Shown in pieces: positions 1 through 13,650 of a stretch of DNA of 64,000 nt. The notes under the pieces are model-generated. The model was not told the DNA's origin, searched no databases, and saw only the letters and a program-made list of their open reading frames with translations. Source of the DNA: Eledone cirrhosa (lineage: Eukaryota); contig OZ024740.1 in the NCBI GenBank assembly GCA_964016885.1, forward strand, positions 201,810,001 to 201,874,000, read 5' to 3'. The number at the start of each line of letters is the position of its first letter. The stretch's first letter is position 1. Both the position numbers and the translations under genes were made by a program.

Positions 1-40
1 GAGTGGGAGGAAGAGAGAAAGGAGGGAGAGAGATACACAG

Positions 41-78
<38 letters not shown>

Positions 79-1277
79 CATATTTAATATAGAAATGGCT
101 TCTACAGGACTAGAATTGTTTCATTCAAAAGAAATCATCAGGAAATGCTTTAAGCACCTAACTGTGGTTACACCCGTTTGAACCCAAGATTCAGAGAGAG
201 AGAGACATGTGTAGAACTTTTAAATCCATTTTGATGGGAACCTACCGGAGATCACCCCTAATTCTATGATAGGAATCCATTTCTTTTAATCTTTTGGTGA
301 CCATATTCCTAATAAAATACATGGTCTATGTGTTTCAATTAATTTTCAAATAATCAGAAAATTTGAAATATCTAAATTCCCCATTATTAAGCTGTTTCGA
401 ATATAAAAAAAAAATTCTTACATATAATTTTGAATGCAGGTTTAAATTTAAATAAAGTACTTTGAACTGGACAGTTTTGGGGGTTATAAAACTAGGGGTA
501 ATCTAAGGCAGGTTAGTATCAAAAGAGATAAATATTTATATGTAAATTCAACTCTTTTATAATAAAGTGTATCTAAGAACCTTTTGTTAAGTTCCAAACA
601 GCATCATGATAATTGAGAAGTTAGCTATTTTCCTAAATTCTTGATTATTTTCCAAATTAATTGAAACACATAGGCAGAATATTTCATTAGAAATATAATC
701 ATGTAAAGGTTAAAAGATAGATGAAGCACAATAAATGTGTAAGCCTACTACCATCAGTTAATGCGTAAAAGTGTGTAAGGTTAGTAAATGTGTAAACACT
801 TGTGCAAATGTGTAAGCCTGTATCATCATCACCGTTTAACGTCCATTTTTCCACGATAGCATATATGTGAAAATGGGTATATAGTCGTGTATACATACTA
901 ACCAAAGATTAAATCCTGTATACATACTAGCCAAAGATTAAATAAACAGTTCACTGGAAAGTTAGTAGTAAAATTATGTTTGCCCATCAGTTCTAAACAA
1001 ACACTTCACTCATACTTTACAAACAGATGGCACCCATCTCCTATCATATATTGACCAACAACATATCAAATCTGTTCTCATTGTAACAACAAATTGCTAG
1101 ATATTAGGCAAGGGTTCCCAAACTTTGTCGTCCCAGTTTAGTTTACTGCATGGCAACTTTTCCAACGTAAATTTATCCCCACCCTGTTTTGTTCAGTGAT
1201 TTTAGCTTACATCTGTACCATAATACAGCAATTGACAAAGAGAATTTTTTAATACTATTTTTAACATTATTATTTTA

Positions 1278-1465
1278 GATTGGCAGTATCGGTAGAGGGT
1301 CGGATGCCATGCTTTGACGCATAGAGTTACGGCCCTTGCCATTCTGAGTTCAAATCCCGCCAAGGTTAACTTTGCCTTTCATTCTTACGTGGTCGATAAA
1401 ATAAAATACCAGTAATGCACTGGGTAATTGCTAGCCTTGTGCCAATAGTAGAAACAATTATTATT
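1278..1465 (+). mobile_element. tRNA-derived SINE, family A
   Basis: A-box-like TGGCAGTATCGG, B-box GAGTTCAAATC, shared body TTTGCCTTTCAT..GTCGATAAAATAAA and (ATT)n end; at least 6 similar copies in the window. Confidence 0.85.
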
Positions 1466-2296
1466 TTCACTATTAATAATGTTTATCTGCTTTTCTATGT
1501 TGGCCTGAGTTGGACAGGCCATTACAAACCAAGTCAGAACTTAATTGGGGCTATGTCCTCTTTGATGGGTCAAGAGATTGCATCAAATTTGGCTTGGCTA
1601 TATTCCATTTTAGCATGGTTTTCACAGATGGATGCTCTTCCTAATACCTACCACTTTAGAGAATGTATTTTAGATTTAAATAATACACGATAATGAAAGA
1701 GTATGATACATAAGTTCAACATAGTAGAAAGAATACAAATTAGATTTCTCAGTAAACAAAATAAGCCTACTTAAATGTCCATCTCAAGTTCAGATTATTA
1801 TTAATTATAATTGAAAAAAAAAAAAATACAAATCCAGAATCAGCAAATTTACTCCCTGAGGTGAAATTTACCCACTGGAGGTAAATTTATCCCAGGTTAG
1901 GAGCATATGCTCATAATCATGTTAATATTACAAAAAATAACTGCAGTGTATCCACCAGCCCTGTCCCCAGACACAAAAATTGTAACTTTATTCTGTACAA
2001 AGGTATCAAGCTGGGAAATTATATTCAGGACACATTTCTTTGTGGAATACTCAACCATTTACACATTAACATGTTGTCTGCACAGTTGATCAAACAATAG
2101 AATGCTCAACCAATGGAGGATCCATCATAGATGAAGTAAATTACTAGAGAGACACTAAGTTAACATCACTGGAACAATGAGAAAATATTTTCACAGTTCA
2201 GAATTAAATTTCAACCACTAATATTAGTTTCTGACATAGCCACAAGGTCAGGTATTTCAGATGGGAGACAGTCGATAATATTGACCCTAGTACTTC

Positions 2297-2620
2297 AATC
2301 ATCACCATCATCGTCTGCTTTAATGTTTTCTTTACTTGTCACAAGCATTGGATGTTTTAGTAACCTCTTTCAAAGCAACTCCAGAGTATTCATTCCAGGG
2401 ATAGATTTTGGTCCAGGTTACAGATCATCCCTGATTACCTGTTCCTAGGTCTTACATAGGTGCCCCTTTCCCTGTCTACCAAGGGCCACAATCGTAGTAA
2501 ATCGATGTATCCACCCACCACTATGGTTCACATGTCCAAATCAACACAGTATGCATCATCTTAAAATAGAGTCAAGGCCTGGTATCTTTAATTTTTTGTA
2601 GAGAGATACCAGAGATCCAT
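2297..2620 (-). mobile_element. Old degenerate RTE LINE 3' end
   Basis: (ATC)n-like tail at 2297; minus translation gives decayed FGHV...GRQGKG..KT*EQVIRDDL, matching the RTE C-terminus of the young copies. Confidence 0.6.
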
Positions 2621-5289
2621 AGTATTTTCATTTCTCTCTAATCACAATTTGTCCTCAATCCTGGGGCTCCAACACTCACTACCATAAAACCCAATATTAG
2701 AGGATGTTAAAAGTTAGATGGAAAAAAGTGCTTATTGAAACCAAAAGTACAGCTCATTTTATTTACATTTATTTTTTCATTCATTTATTTATGCCAAATA
2801 AATTGGCAGTGGGGAGCTCCTCAATCACATGAAGGCAAGACAACCTCTCTAGTGCTGGTGTCACAATAAAATACACCCACTACACTGTGTAAAGTTGTTG
2901 GTGTTCAACTGTAGAAATGGAAATACTGAATGAGACAGTCCCTCAACCCACCTAGGACAGTAGCTCTAATTAAGTACTGATTTAGTCTGTACAACCCAAC
3001 TAACTCATGGCAGCAGGGAAAAGTAACTATGATGATGATGATGATGATGACAATTTCCATATCTCCACCATCATGATACAGTAGTGGTTTATTAGACAGT
3101 TGTTTAAGGCGGTGGGAGAAGAGGAATCACACTAAATGAAGATAAGAAATGAGGTTTAATTCAAACATTGAGAGCTCACAGATTAAAGAGATGGCTGGGC
3201 TAAAACAACAGTTGAAATAGTTATCAGTTCATAGTAACAGCAATAAAGAAGGTGAGGTAGGTTAGAAGTGGATTGATCTCAGCTTACTTCTACTAGTATT
3301 GTTATCTGGTAACAAGTCAGTTTTCTGGAGTATAATGTTACTTATAACTCATTTGATGATAGAAAAATTAAAGAACAGACTGCATACAAACAATTGTTGA
3401 TTCCTCTGGTGGGATGGGTTAATGTGTCTATCTTATGTAGTCAATCATATTTTATGTAATCTATCCTATTTGTTGTAATCTATTTTATTTTATGGTGGCT
3501 AATCCATGCCCTGTGAATCCCTGCATGTCATAAGAGGTAACTAAAAGTGTTGACATGAAGAAGGGCATCCGGCTGCAAAACACTCATGAAACATCAAGCC
3601 CAACACATGCTGTCATGAAAAAGGGGAAATAAAAACGATGGTGATGTTAATATATTATGTTATCTGTTTTATATTATATTGTCTATCTTATATTGGAATA
3701 CGGGTTCTTTTATCCACAGAAAATCATTCTTATATATATGGTATATACCTATCCTAAGCAAGATACACAGAGAGTGAGAAGGTACTGCAATGCTACATTA
3801 GTATCAGTTTATCCATGTGAGGAATACTCTTAAGAGTGAAATGTGGTAACATGACTTCTTTGCATGTATTGGGATTTGTCATGGTTGCAGCATACACCCA
3901 GATTAGGTTAGGACAGAGAAAGACTATAGATATTGGACTGTAGTTATAGTCAAGTATAATGTTGGTGACTGCTACTACAACAAAGATTCAGTTAATTTTA
4001 TGAAGTAAGTATGACCTGGTAATGACAAGAACTGTGTACAAACAACCAGAAATGGAAGGAATAGATCACATGGCAATTTAGATAAACCCTCCAACCATTG
4101 ATAATTGATTGGTATTACATAACAGCAGGAGAAAGTAAATTATACATAGAGGAAAATTATGAACTCGTTATTTTCTAGTAAGATCTCTAAGGTTGCTTTC
4201 AACTGTTGCCAAAAGCACATTAGACAGTCTTGTTAAACGTGTTAAGCTAAACAACACAAAAGCTTTGCTGTTGTAAATTTTACAAGGTGAAATTTAGAAC
4301 AACAGATTAACATGGCACTTGCTTAATGGGACATGCAGGAAGAGGTGATGATTGGTCAGGAGTGGTTATGTAGAACCCTAAAACTGCTATTGGCAAACCT
4401 CACCAAAAAACACCAAGATTAATTTGTCCCGAATGATCCTGAATTGAAAAGCTGCTACAAAAGAGACTAGAAAGCACTCGGTTGACCATGACATCTTATA
4501 GAGAGACCTGTTGAATGGACTTCTATCAGTTTCAATGATGAGTGTTCCAGTTGTTCAAACATCTGCTTGTGAAATTAGCAGATATTTATACCCTCAGTAC
4601 AATTCTCTGGGAGATTCAGCATGAAACTTTATGATAAGCCTTGGCCTTTGAATTACAAGTACAGTCAATCCAACAGATTTCAAAACAGTTTCTGTGTACC
4701 CAATTTCACTCACTTGGCATAGGTCAACCCAAAATGCCATGCAATGAGATTGAGCCTGGTCCCTAATGATTGCAAAGCAAAATTCTTAACCATTCAGCCA
4801 TTTTGCATCCACAGAGACACTTGTAAACTTCTACAAACTCCCACAAGAACACTCAAGTTGAAATGGTGGGGAACAGAAGACGAAGAAAATGTCATACTAC
4901 AGTAAGCAGGTTTGCTAAGTATGGAAGCTCTTTTCAGGAGGATAAAAAAACAACCCAAACTGGACAAGGTTTTTACCCAAATGCCATTTGAAAGACTACA
5001 CAAGCAAATCCTGTACTTAAAACTACTTGAATGACAGAAAACACGGCTGTCCTTGTTTACATTATAAGAACATTATCCCGTGACATTTGAAAGAGGAAAA
5101 GACAAGCTTAATGTCAGGGACATCCAAAGACAACCAGTGGGATACCTGGAGGATGATAGTTAAATAATTATTAAGAATTTTTATCAATTAATAGCAACAA
5201 TAACATTTTATTTTATGTAGTCTTATTCTTACTTTATAGTTATGTAATGTATAATGTTAGTGTGCATAAATAACTAAATACATAGGAGT

Positions 5290-5745
5290 TGAGAGAAAAA
5301 ACTGAGTATATGAGGAATTAAATGTGTACAAGAGACAGAGATTGTGCTGGCATGGACTACACAGCAATATTTTGACGTGTGTATCACCAATGCAGCGACT
5401 ACAAAACTACACACACCAACACAGAGGGAATGATGGCAGGAATGATAATTGAATGGAGAAGTGTTAGGACTTTCATGTGGGAGGAAGATGTGGAAGTGGT
5501 AGACTAAGAAAGACATGGGTAGAATTGGTGCAAAGATGTAATGCATATGAATGATGACTGTTGAGTGAAAAAGTGTCAGGTATTCCAGGTGAAAGGAAGA
5601 TATAGAAGCTAAGGATAACTTAGGCAATAAAGATGAAAGCTCATCTCAGGACACTGAACCTCACAAAGAAGACAAATGGAAGAACGATGTACTGGAGAGG
5701 ACTCATCCCACCATTGCAAGAAAGGGAATATGGACTTGTTGATGA
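5290..5745 (+). mobile_element. Old RTE (family A-like) 3' fragment
   Basis: GGAAGTGGTAGACTAAGAAAGACATGG (GxGRxRKTW) and terminal CATCCCACCATTGCAAGAAAGGGAA..GATGA resembling 39930-39980. Confidence 0.6.
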
Positions 5746-5954
5746 TATAGTTTATACTCAAAAGAAATACAAAATAATGACCATAGCTACAAAAGGAGAC
5801 ATAGATAAATAAATGATATTTCTAAATTAAAATTTAAAAATAACAAATGAAGTAAAAAATATTTCATGTAGATTTGCAACTATCTTAAACTAACCCTGAT
5901 TCTACAACACAAACTGTTTTTACATTCGTGAGTATTATATCGAATATTTGTTTT

Positions 5955-6196
5955 GTTTGCAAGCAAACAGCCTCATTATGCTATGTGTTTTAGACGACCA
6001 TCATTCTTTTGTTCTAGTGGTGGCAGAAAGAAACAATCAACAGAAAGAAGAGGGATACACAATCTTGACAAAGGGCAACAACTCAGAAACAATATTGTCG
6101 TTTATTGTCGATTGTTTCTCTCTGTCACCACTAGAACAAAAGGATGACGATAGTCATCTAAAACACATAGTGTAATGAGGCTGTTTGCTTGCAAAC
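5955..6196. mobile_element. MITE / long inverted repeat (about 90-bp arms)
   Basis: GTTTGCAAGCAAACAGCCTCATTA..TTCTAGTGGTGGCAGAAAGAAACAATC is mirrored by GATTGTTTCTCTCTGTCACCACTAGAA..TAATGAGGCTGTTTGCTTGCAAAC. Confidence 0.85.
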
Positions 6197-7317
6197 TAAT
6201 GGAATATTATTATTATTCAATACAAAACTCACAACTGCATTTATGTATCTGCTATGTTTGAGCAAAACTAATTGTTTTTAAACTGTTTTTAAGTGTTTTA
6301 GATTTATCTAAAAAAAAATTCCATTGTAGTTTTATACAAACCTTTGTAAAGTTTCAAACACCAGATAATTAATGATAAAATTAATTATATTACTAAACCC
6401 ATCCAAATTCTTGATTATTTTCAGAACAATTTGAAAATCCCAAGTAAAGTCTTACAGTACTTAAGAAATGTGCTATAGATAAATGTTTATATTTATATAA
6501 AAACCTTTCATCAAACTTTATGTAAGAACCTGTTAAGTCATGCTCGAAAAACCAGTTTACCCTTTTTTGATGCCAAAACCAACTCTGGTACTATGAAACA
6601 GTATGACCCATTTTAAAAGGGTTCCTATTTAAAATAAAATCTTCCAGCAATTTATATAAGAACTATATGTTAATTTATTATTTTAGTAATGAAATAATTT
6701 TAGTAACTCCCTCAAAATTCTTCATGAATTGATTAAAATAGAATGTATTTCAATACATTCACAAAACAGTTAATAATAAGAAAGTTATAACAATCCCTAC
6801 AAATTCTTGTTTATTATCAAAATTGTTTAAAAATCATTAGAAATATAGTAATGAAAGAGTTAAACTATCTTTAGGTTTAGGGAAGTCTTCCAATGAAACC
6901 CTCTACCATTGTTATTGTTGTTATGTTCAATGTGAAATACTAAACAGTAACCTGAACAAGAAAAGAATGTTGCAGAACAGCAATGGCAAAAAAACATTTA
7001 CTCTTACAAAAGGAAGATTCTATTCATTCCATCAGGAAACATTTCATCGTCACTGCTCCACAAAATAATTTTTTGATTTTTAATGAGTTATGTATTTAAG
7101 TATGAAAATGATTTGTTATACAGAAGAAAAAAAAAAAACACAGTGAAAATATCTTTGGATCCAAATTTTCTAGATGTTAATCTGTAAAATTAAGCAGGGC
7201 AAGGGAGAACTATGTGAAAAATGTGTTCTTTATAACAGACGTACACAAAAAATGTACTGCAGTAGCTAAATATTTCTATTTGACTAACAGTTTGTAAATT
7301 CTATACATACAAATGAA

Positions 7318-7997
7318 ATCATCATCATCATCACCAACATGTGTTTCCCATTCTGGGATAGGTTGAGGGATCATCACAGACCAAGACTGAATTGGCTGGA
7401 GAACCATGTCATGCTCATAAGTTCCCAATTTCAACATGATTTGAACAGTTGGACGCTCTTTTTAATGCCAACTACTTTACAGAGGTTGGTAGGTGCACTT
7501 TATTGTGGCATCAGCACTACTACTGCACAGAGTGTGTAGTGTGTGTTTTATTGACACACACACACTACCACTTTACAGAGTATGCTGGTTACATTTCATC
7601 ACAGCACCAGCACAACCACTTTAAAGAATATGTTGAGTATATTTTATTGAGTCACTAGCACTTCCACCTTACAGAGTCTACAGGTTGTATTTTATTGCAG
7701 TACCAGCACAACCACTTTACAGAGTATGCTGGTTATATTTTATCATAGTACCAGCACAACCACTTTACAGGGGGTACTGCGTGCAATGTATCATGGCACC
7801 AGCATTACCATTTTACAGGGTGTGCTGAATGCATTTTATCATAGCTTCAGCCCTGCCACTTTACAGTATACTGAGTACATTTTATCATGGCACCAGCACT
7901 ACCACTTTACAGTGTACTGAGTACATTTTATCATAGCACCAGTATTACCACTTTACAGAGTATGCTGGATAAATTTTAGCATAGCACCAGCACTAAC
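7318..7997 (-). repeat. SINE remnant whose middle segment expanded into about 11 tandem 48-bp units
   Basis: (ATC)n tail at 7318; units like CCACTTTACAGAGTATGCTGGTTATATTTTATCATAGTACCAGCACAA repeat from about 7470 to 7997. Confidence 0.8.
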
Positions 7998-8747
7998 ATT
8001 TGACTGAGAACAAGACTACTTCCTGGGTGAGACAAGTTTTTTGTAAGATTAAACCTTAGAAGCTGCCAGTACTTTTTCCAGCCAAATGGACTATAATTTA
8101 ATACTACCATAATTTATATTAAATTATGTTCATTTTTTTTTTAATTCTACAAGTGATACAATATGGAATAGGTAAGTTCATTGTCTACCAGACTAGAAAT
8201 GTTGTTTGTAGCATGATTAAAAGAAACACTGACCACATCTCTATTTTTTTATTTATTTTTTTATTTTAGTTAGGGAGGAAAAACAGTGTCCATGACCCTT
8301 TTCAGGGATTCTGAGACTGGTGGAAGAGATGGAAGAATGTATCGTCAGACTTGAGACCTGACCCAAATTTCCAAATTTATACAACAGAGTATACTCTTAA
8401 AAGCACTGAAGGACCAGACAGTGGTAATTAAACTTGGTGACTGATTAAGTCTACCATTGAAGTAGACCACAGCAGGATTTGAACTCACAATCGCAAAAAG
8501 CCAGAACAAACACTACAAGGCACTTTGACCTACACTCTAATGTCTTTACCAATCCACTTCTAATATCCAGTATCATTTCTTATTCAGTGTCACTGGCAAA
8601 TGTATTATATTTCTCTGACAAATATTTAAAGAATTTAATTCGATACCTTCTAAATAAAGTAGGTGCAAGCTCTAGAATAGAAAGTATTTCTTTATAAATA
8701 GCATTTACTCTTTTATACTTTCTACATAGATTTTTCCCTTTGCTTAC

Positions 8748-8823
8748 CTGAAAAGGTAAAGCTAAACCTTGTTGTTGTATATATGGCTCAGACTTGTACA
8801 GGTTTAGACAAACCCCTATGTGG
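8748..8823 (-). CDS. Candidate host exon (phase 2 to 0, HIGVCLNLYKSEPYIQQQGLALPFQ) or recursive splice site at 8748
   Basis: Strong donor CAG|GTAAGC at 8748/8747; acceptor TGCAG| at 8824; open frame; product not recognised. Confidence 0.3.
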
Positions 8824-10245
8824 CTGCATTTTATAGGAGGATATAGTATAGCCAAATGGGGAAGAATTCAGCTTTACAATCATTAGATCCCGAGTTCAAT
8901 CCCCTATTTTGAAAAAGTGTTGTTTACCATAGCCTTGTGAGTGAAATTTGGTACTCAAAAACTGTATGGAAGCCCATTGGATGGAACATACCTGTAATTC
9001 AAATGGTCAGCCTTATTACACACTGTGTCATGCTGAATCATTAAATGTACATGTGTCTTACAGTCACTTACACATTAATTTTATGAGTAGGCTGCTCCGT
9101 TGATTTTCACATGGTTTGGTATCAAGAAGGTCCAGAAATTCTAAATTTGATTCCTGGATCAGGCAGTTGTCAGTGTTCTTGAGCAAGATGCTTCATTTCA
9201 CATGGCTTTTCATGATAGAAGTGGGACCCTTGTCATTAAAATACACTAGAAATCTCCTATGAAATGGAGCCTTGTAGGCAGCCAGCTAGACCTACAAGGT
9301 GTGAGCAGTAACAATAAAAACAGCTGCAAAACATTTTGTTAGCATATATTCTTGAGCAAAACTGTTGCTTTTCATGATAGAAATGGAGCTCTTATCAACA
9401 AAACACCCAAGAAACCTCCAGTGAGACGCTACCTCATAGAAGACCAGCTAAACCTACATATGTGTCAGCTCTAACAACTGTAACGATAGCAAAATATTTT
9501 ATTAGCATAGCTTCTCACTAGTGACAATCCTAAGCTGCACATGTTAAAGGGGATTGGAGACAAGAACTAGATGGTATGTTAACAGGTTTAGTATTAGCAG
9601 TGTACAGACTTATCACTGGATAGATTTCCTATATTGGTAACAAAGTATTCCTAAGGTGTGTCACTCATCTTCAATTAACTTAAACAGTTTGTACATAATT
9701 AGTAACCTCATATTATAATAGCGGCAATGACACTAAAGCTAACAAATGCATGTACACCCATATTTACACATATCTACATATACATACACCATCCAACCCA
9801 TATATATATAGTACTCATGACACTTTTAAGAGCTTCCAAGACTGGCGGGTAGGTGAGGGAAAGATGTCCTTAAACAAAAGGCCTTGTCTGAATCCTTACA
9901 ATAGAGTAGATTCCACTAAAAACACATAAGCTATGTGGTAGCACGAAACTGGGTGACATTAAGTCTACCACAAAATCTAAGTAGCCACAGTAGGATTTTA
10001 ACTCAGACTACAAAAAGCCAGAACAAATGCTACAAGACATCTCATCCAATGCAATCCACTGCCATGGACTGATATATTTTATCAATCTCAGAAGGATTAA
10101 AAACAAAGCAGACCTCAACAGGATTTGATTTCAGAGAAAAGAGAGTGGAAACACCACAAAGCATTTTGTTCTACATTCAAATTACTGTTACAAAAATATA
10201 AAAGAACTTATCCAGATTCGTGAACATTTTTCCTTCATAGCTAAA

Positions 10246-10635
10246 CCCTTTTGATACCAAACCACCCAAAAATGAAATAGAAAACTGTTTGTTTTAATCC
10301 TTTAGCATTTAAACTGTTACAGTATTGTTCTCAAAATAAATAATATCAATATCTCAGATTCCATATTATGCGAGATAATTATGTGAGGTAATGCCTTTAT
10401 CACAAAAATATAATAGTATATATAGAGCAATGTAAATGCTAAAGGGTTAAAGTATTTATATTTACTTTAAAATCTTCCTTCATAGATTTATGTAAAAACA
10501 TTTAAGTTATCTTCCAAACACCTGCTTAATAAGAAGAATGTTATATTGCTAAATCCTTCCAATTTTTTTATTGTTTCCAAAATTATTTGAAAATCATAGA
10601 TAGAGTCTTTCATTGAAGATATAATAAGGAAAGGG
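10246..10635 (+). mobile_element. piggyBac-type MITE family A with a family B MITE nested at 10298-10446
   Basis: CCCTTT...AAGGG|TTAA ends; inner element TTAA|TCCTTTAGCATTTA...TAAATGCTAAAGGG|TTAA. Confidence 0.75.
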
Positions 10636-10734
10636 TTAAATGTAATGAGAAATGACAGCATGACAACTTGTATTAATTGAGAATGTATTCAGAATTGTTG
10701 GTTGTCAATTATGATTAAACTTCAATACTAAATG

Positions 10735-11135
10735 ATAATGTGTAACAAGAGAACACATGATGTAACACATGACACAATGTGCCATAACAATGTAACAACA
10801 TGACACAATGTAACAACACATGATGCAACACATGACGTGTCATAACACAATGTAACAAGACATGATGTAATGACAACATGCCATAACACAACACAACACG
10901 ATGTAATATGATGTAACACAACATGACACATCATATGATGTAACAAAATGCAACACAACACATGATGTAACAACACAACATGCCATAACAACACACAATG
11001 TGATACAATACAATGGTGCAACAACACACGATGTAACAATACATGATATAACATATTACATGATGTAACATGATAATGATGTAACATAACATTTTGTACC
11101 ACAACACATGTAACACACAATGTAACACACGATAC
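10735..11135. repeat. Degenerate low-complexity minisatellite (ACATGATGTAACA-like motifs)
   Basis: Recurrent TGTAACA, ACATGA and ACACAA modules; produces spurious His/Cys/Val-rich ORFs. Confidence 0.8.
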
Positions 11136-11897
11136 AATAAAACAACTCTGAGATGCAGTGAAAATAAGTCAGTGACCAGTAACAACAAAGTCTTGACATC
11201 AAGAAACAAATGATAAATGTAAAGATAAAGAGCTTCATTTTTTCAAAAATCCTTCATGGTTGTTACAGGAGTTTTTAGACCACCAAATAAGATCAATTGA
11301 ATTCCAGCCTGTTAAACCTCACCTACACCACCATACCTTCATAAAGATCACATATGTAAGGAGAAATTGACAGAAAAATCAAAGAATATATGAAAAAACA
11401 TTTTATAGTTTTTGTGTGTATTTCAGTGGATAAAATGACTTAACACAGTCTCAGATGAAACCACTTGCCAGACATGTATAAATAGTGAGCGTGAGTAAGT
11501 GTGCATGAGAGTGAGTGAGTGTGCATGAGTGAGTGTGTAAGAGAGTGTGAGAAAAAGAAAGAGAATGTGTGTCAGTGAGTGTGAGTGAGAGTGTGAAAGA
11601 GAAAGAGAGTGTGTTCAGTGAGTGTGAGTGAGTGAGTGTGCATGTGTGTATATGTGTATATGTGAGAGTGTGTCACTTAAACCCTTTGATACTAAACCAC
11701 ATGAAACTGCTCCTGGTTCAGACTGTTTATTTAGTCATCTAAAATATTCCTTCATAATTTTAAGTAAAAACATTTATTATGTTCCAGCTTAAAAATGCTT
11801 CCAAATTCTTATTATTATTTTCACCAACCACTTAGAGTGTACTGGGTGTATTTTATTGAAAGCACAAGATGAAAGAGCCCTCTCTATCCTACATTAT

Positions 11898-12067
11898 TTG
11901 CAGTATCGGTAGAGAGTCGGACGTCATGCTTTCCAGCATAGTTACCCTCCCTCTACGGTCTGAGTTCAAATCCCGCCGAGGTTCACTTTGCCTTTCATCC
12001 TTACGGGGTTGATAAAATAAAGTACCAGTAATGCACTGGCCTTGTGCCAAAAGTAGAAACAATTATT
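11898..12067 (+). mobile_element. tRNA-derived SINE, family A
   Basis: Aligns by eye with 1278-1465 and 22931-23126. Confidence 0.85.
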
Positions 12068-12336
12068 TCTGTTTGTCAACCAATTTACAGAATGTAATGG
12101 GAACATTTTATTGTGGTGCCAACACTAAAAAGGTTGGCTTTACCTCCTACATAGCAAATGAATTCTCTCAAATCTATACTGTCTCTATTCTTTCAAGGCA
12201 AAAGCATCTGATTTGAAGAGGGGGGATAGGATGGTAGAGAAGGGATTTAGTTATATAACTAACTTCTACATTAGTAAGGTAGTGTTAGGAGCAGTTATGC
12301 TATTAATGCCACATTAATAATGTGAAAGTTAGTTAA

Positions 12337-12547
12337 CACTTTAGCATTTAAACTGGCCATATCCGACCAGAAATCGCTCACCTCTTTCTGTTCAAACTGG
12401 CCGCTCATACTGATGTTAAGGTATTGTTCTCAAAATAAATAATATTGAAATCTCATAGATTCGATATTCTGTAAGATAATTATGTGAGATAAAGCTTTTA
12501 CTGTGAAAATCCAACAGTAAATATAGAATAATGTAAATGTTAAAGGG
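12337..12547 (+). mobile_element. piggyBac-type MITE family B
   Basis: TTAA flanks and about 14-bp TIR CACTTTAGCATTTA / TAAATGTTAAAGGG; same body as 30426-30627. Confidence 0.8.
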
Positions 12548-13594
12548 TTAAATCACTAAATCCCTTCAAATTCTTGATAATTATCAAAATAGGTTGAAAG
12601 TTTGAGGCAGTGTCTATTAGAACCATGGTAACAATCGGTTAAAGTGTTTATATTTATCTAAAATCCTCCCATTTTAATTTTATGTTGTATCCCAAACAGC
12701 AGCTTAATAACGAAAAGGCTTTGTGTATTAATAAACCTTTTTAAATTCTTGATAATCTTTCATTAGAAATATGGTAAAGGGTTAAATAGTTGCCAATCCT
12801 CACTAAAGATAAAGAAATAAGAAAATATGCACAGATTATTGCAAACAGTGCTGCTTCTGATGCAACAGGAAGCCACATATTAGCACCAGCTTATTTATCA
12901 CACGATAAAGAAAAAAAAAGTTCTTTCACATTGCATACTTTTACAGAAGCAGAGAGAGTAAGGAATTTCAAACATGTGTCTAAGATATGTTGGAAATATT
13001 TCACTAAACTAGAGCACTAAAACCAAAGAAAAAGTAATTAAAAAACTACATATATATCCATGATGACTGCAAGAACCTTTAGCTTCTTGAGACAAGAACA
13101 CCAATATCTGGTGAGAAGGTGACTGAAGTGAATGTAGCAATAGAAATACACACATACACACACACAAATGCATGCACAAGAACACACACATAATTTAATA
13201 GAAATTTTGAATATATCTCATTCATGAAGAATTTCTTCATGAATGAGATATAAATAATGCATTAGAATATTTGAAGAGTATTCATTGTGTGCATGTGTTG
13301 GGTATTGTGTGTGTGAGTGTGAGCGTCTGTGTGTGTGAGCACATGTGTGTGTGTGCATGAGCTCGTGTGTGTGCATGAACGCGTGTGTGCATGAGCGTGC
13401 GTGTGTGAGTGTATGTGTGTGAGCGTCTGTGTGTGTGTGAGCGAGCGAGTGTGTGTGTGAGTGAGCGTGTGTGTTTGAGCGTCTGTCTGTGTGTGCATAG
13501 TAAACACAAGTCAAAGGACCACCATCATTGGTCGTCCAAGACTATGGTAAAAGACACCTTTCCACAATGCCATATTGAGTTCTTGCATACTAAG

Positions 13595-13647
<53 letters not shown>

Positions 13648-13650
<3 letters not shown>

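Noticed and set aside
7008-7052. 45-nt phase 2-2 minus-strand exon candidate (DDEMFPDGMNRIFL)
   Set aside because: Weak acceptor tract and poor exon-side donor context; likely chance
10715-11238. Cys/His-rich ORFs resembling metal-binding proteins
   Set aside because: Low-complexity repeat, open in several frames
13218-13514. His/Thr-rich ORFs
   Set aside because: Degenerate (GT)n/(CA)n microsatellite
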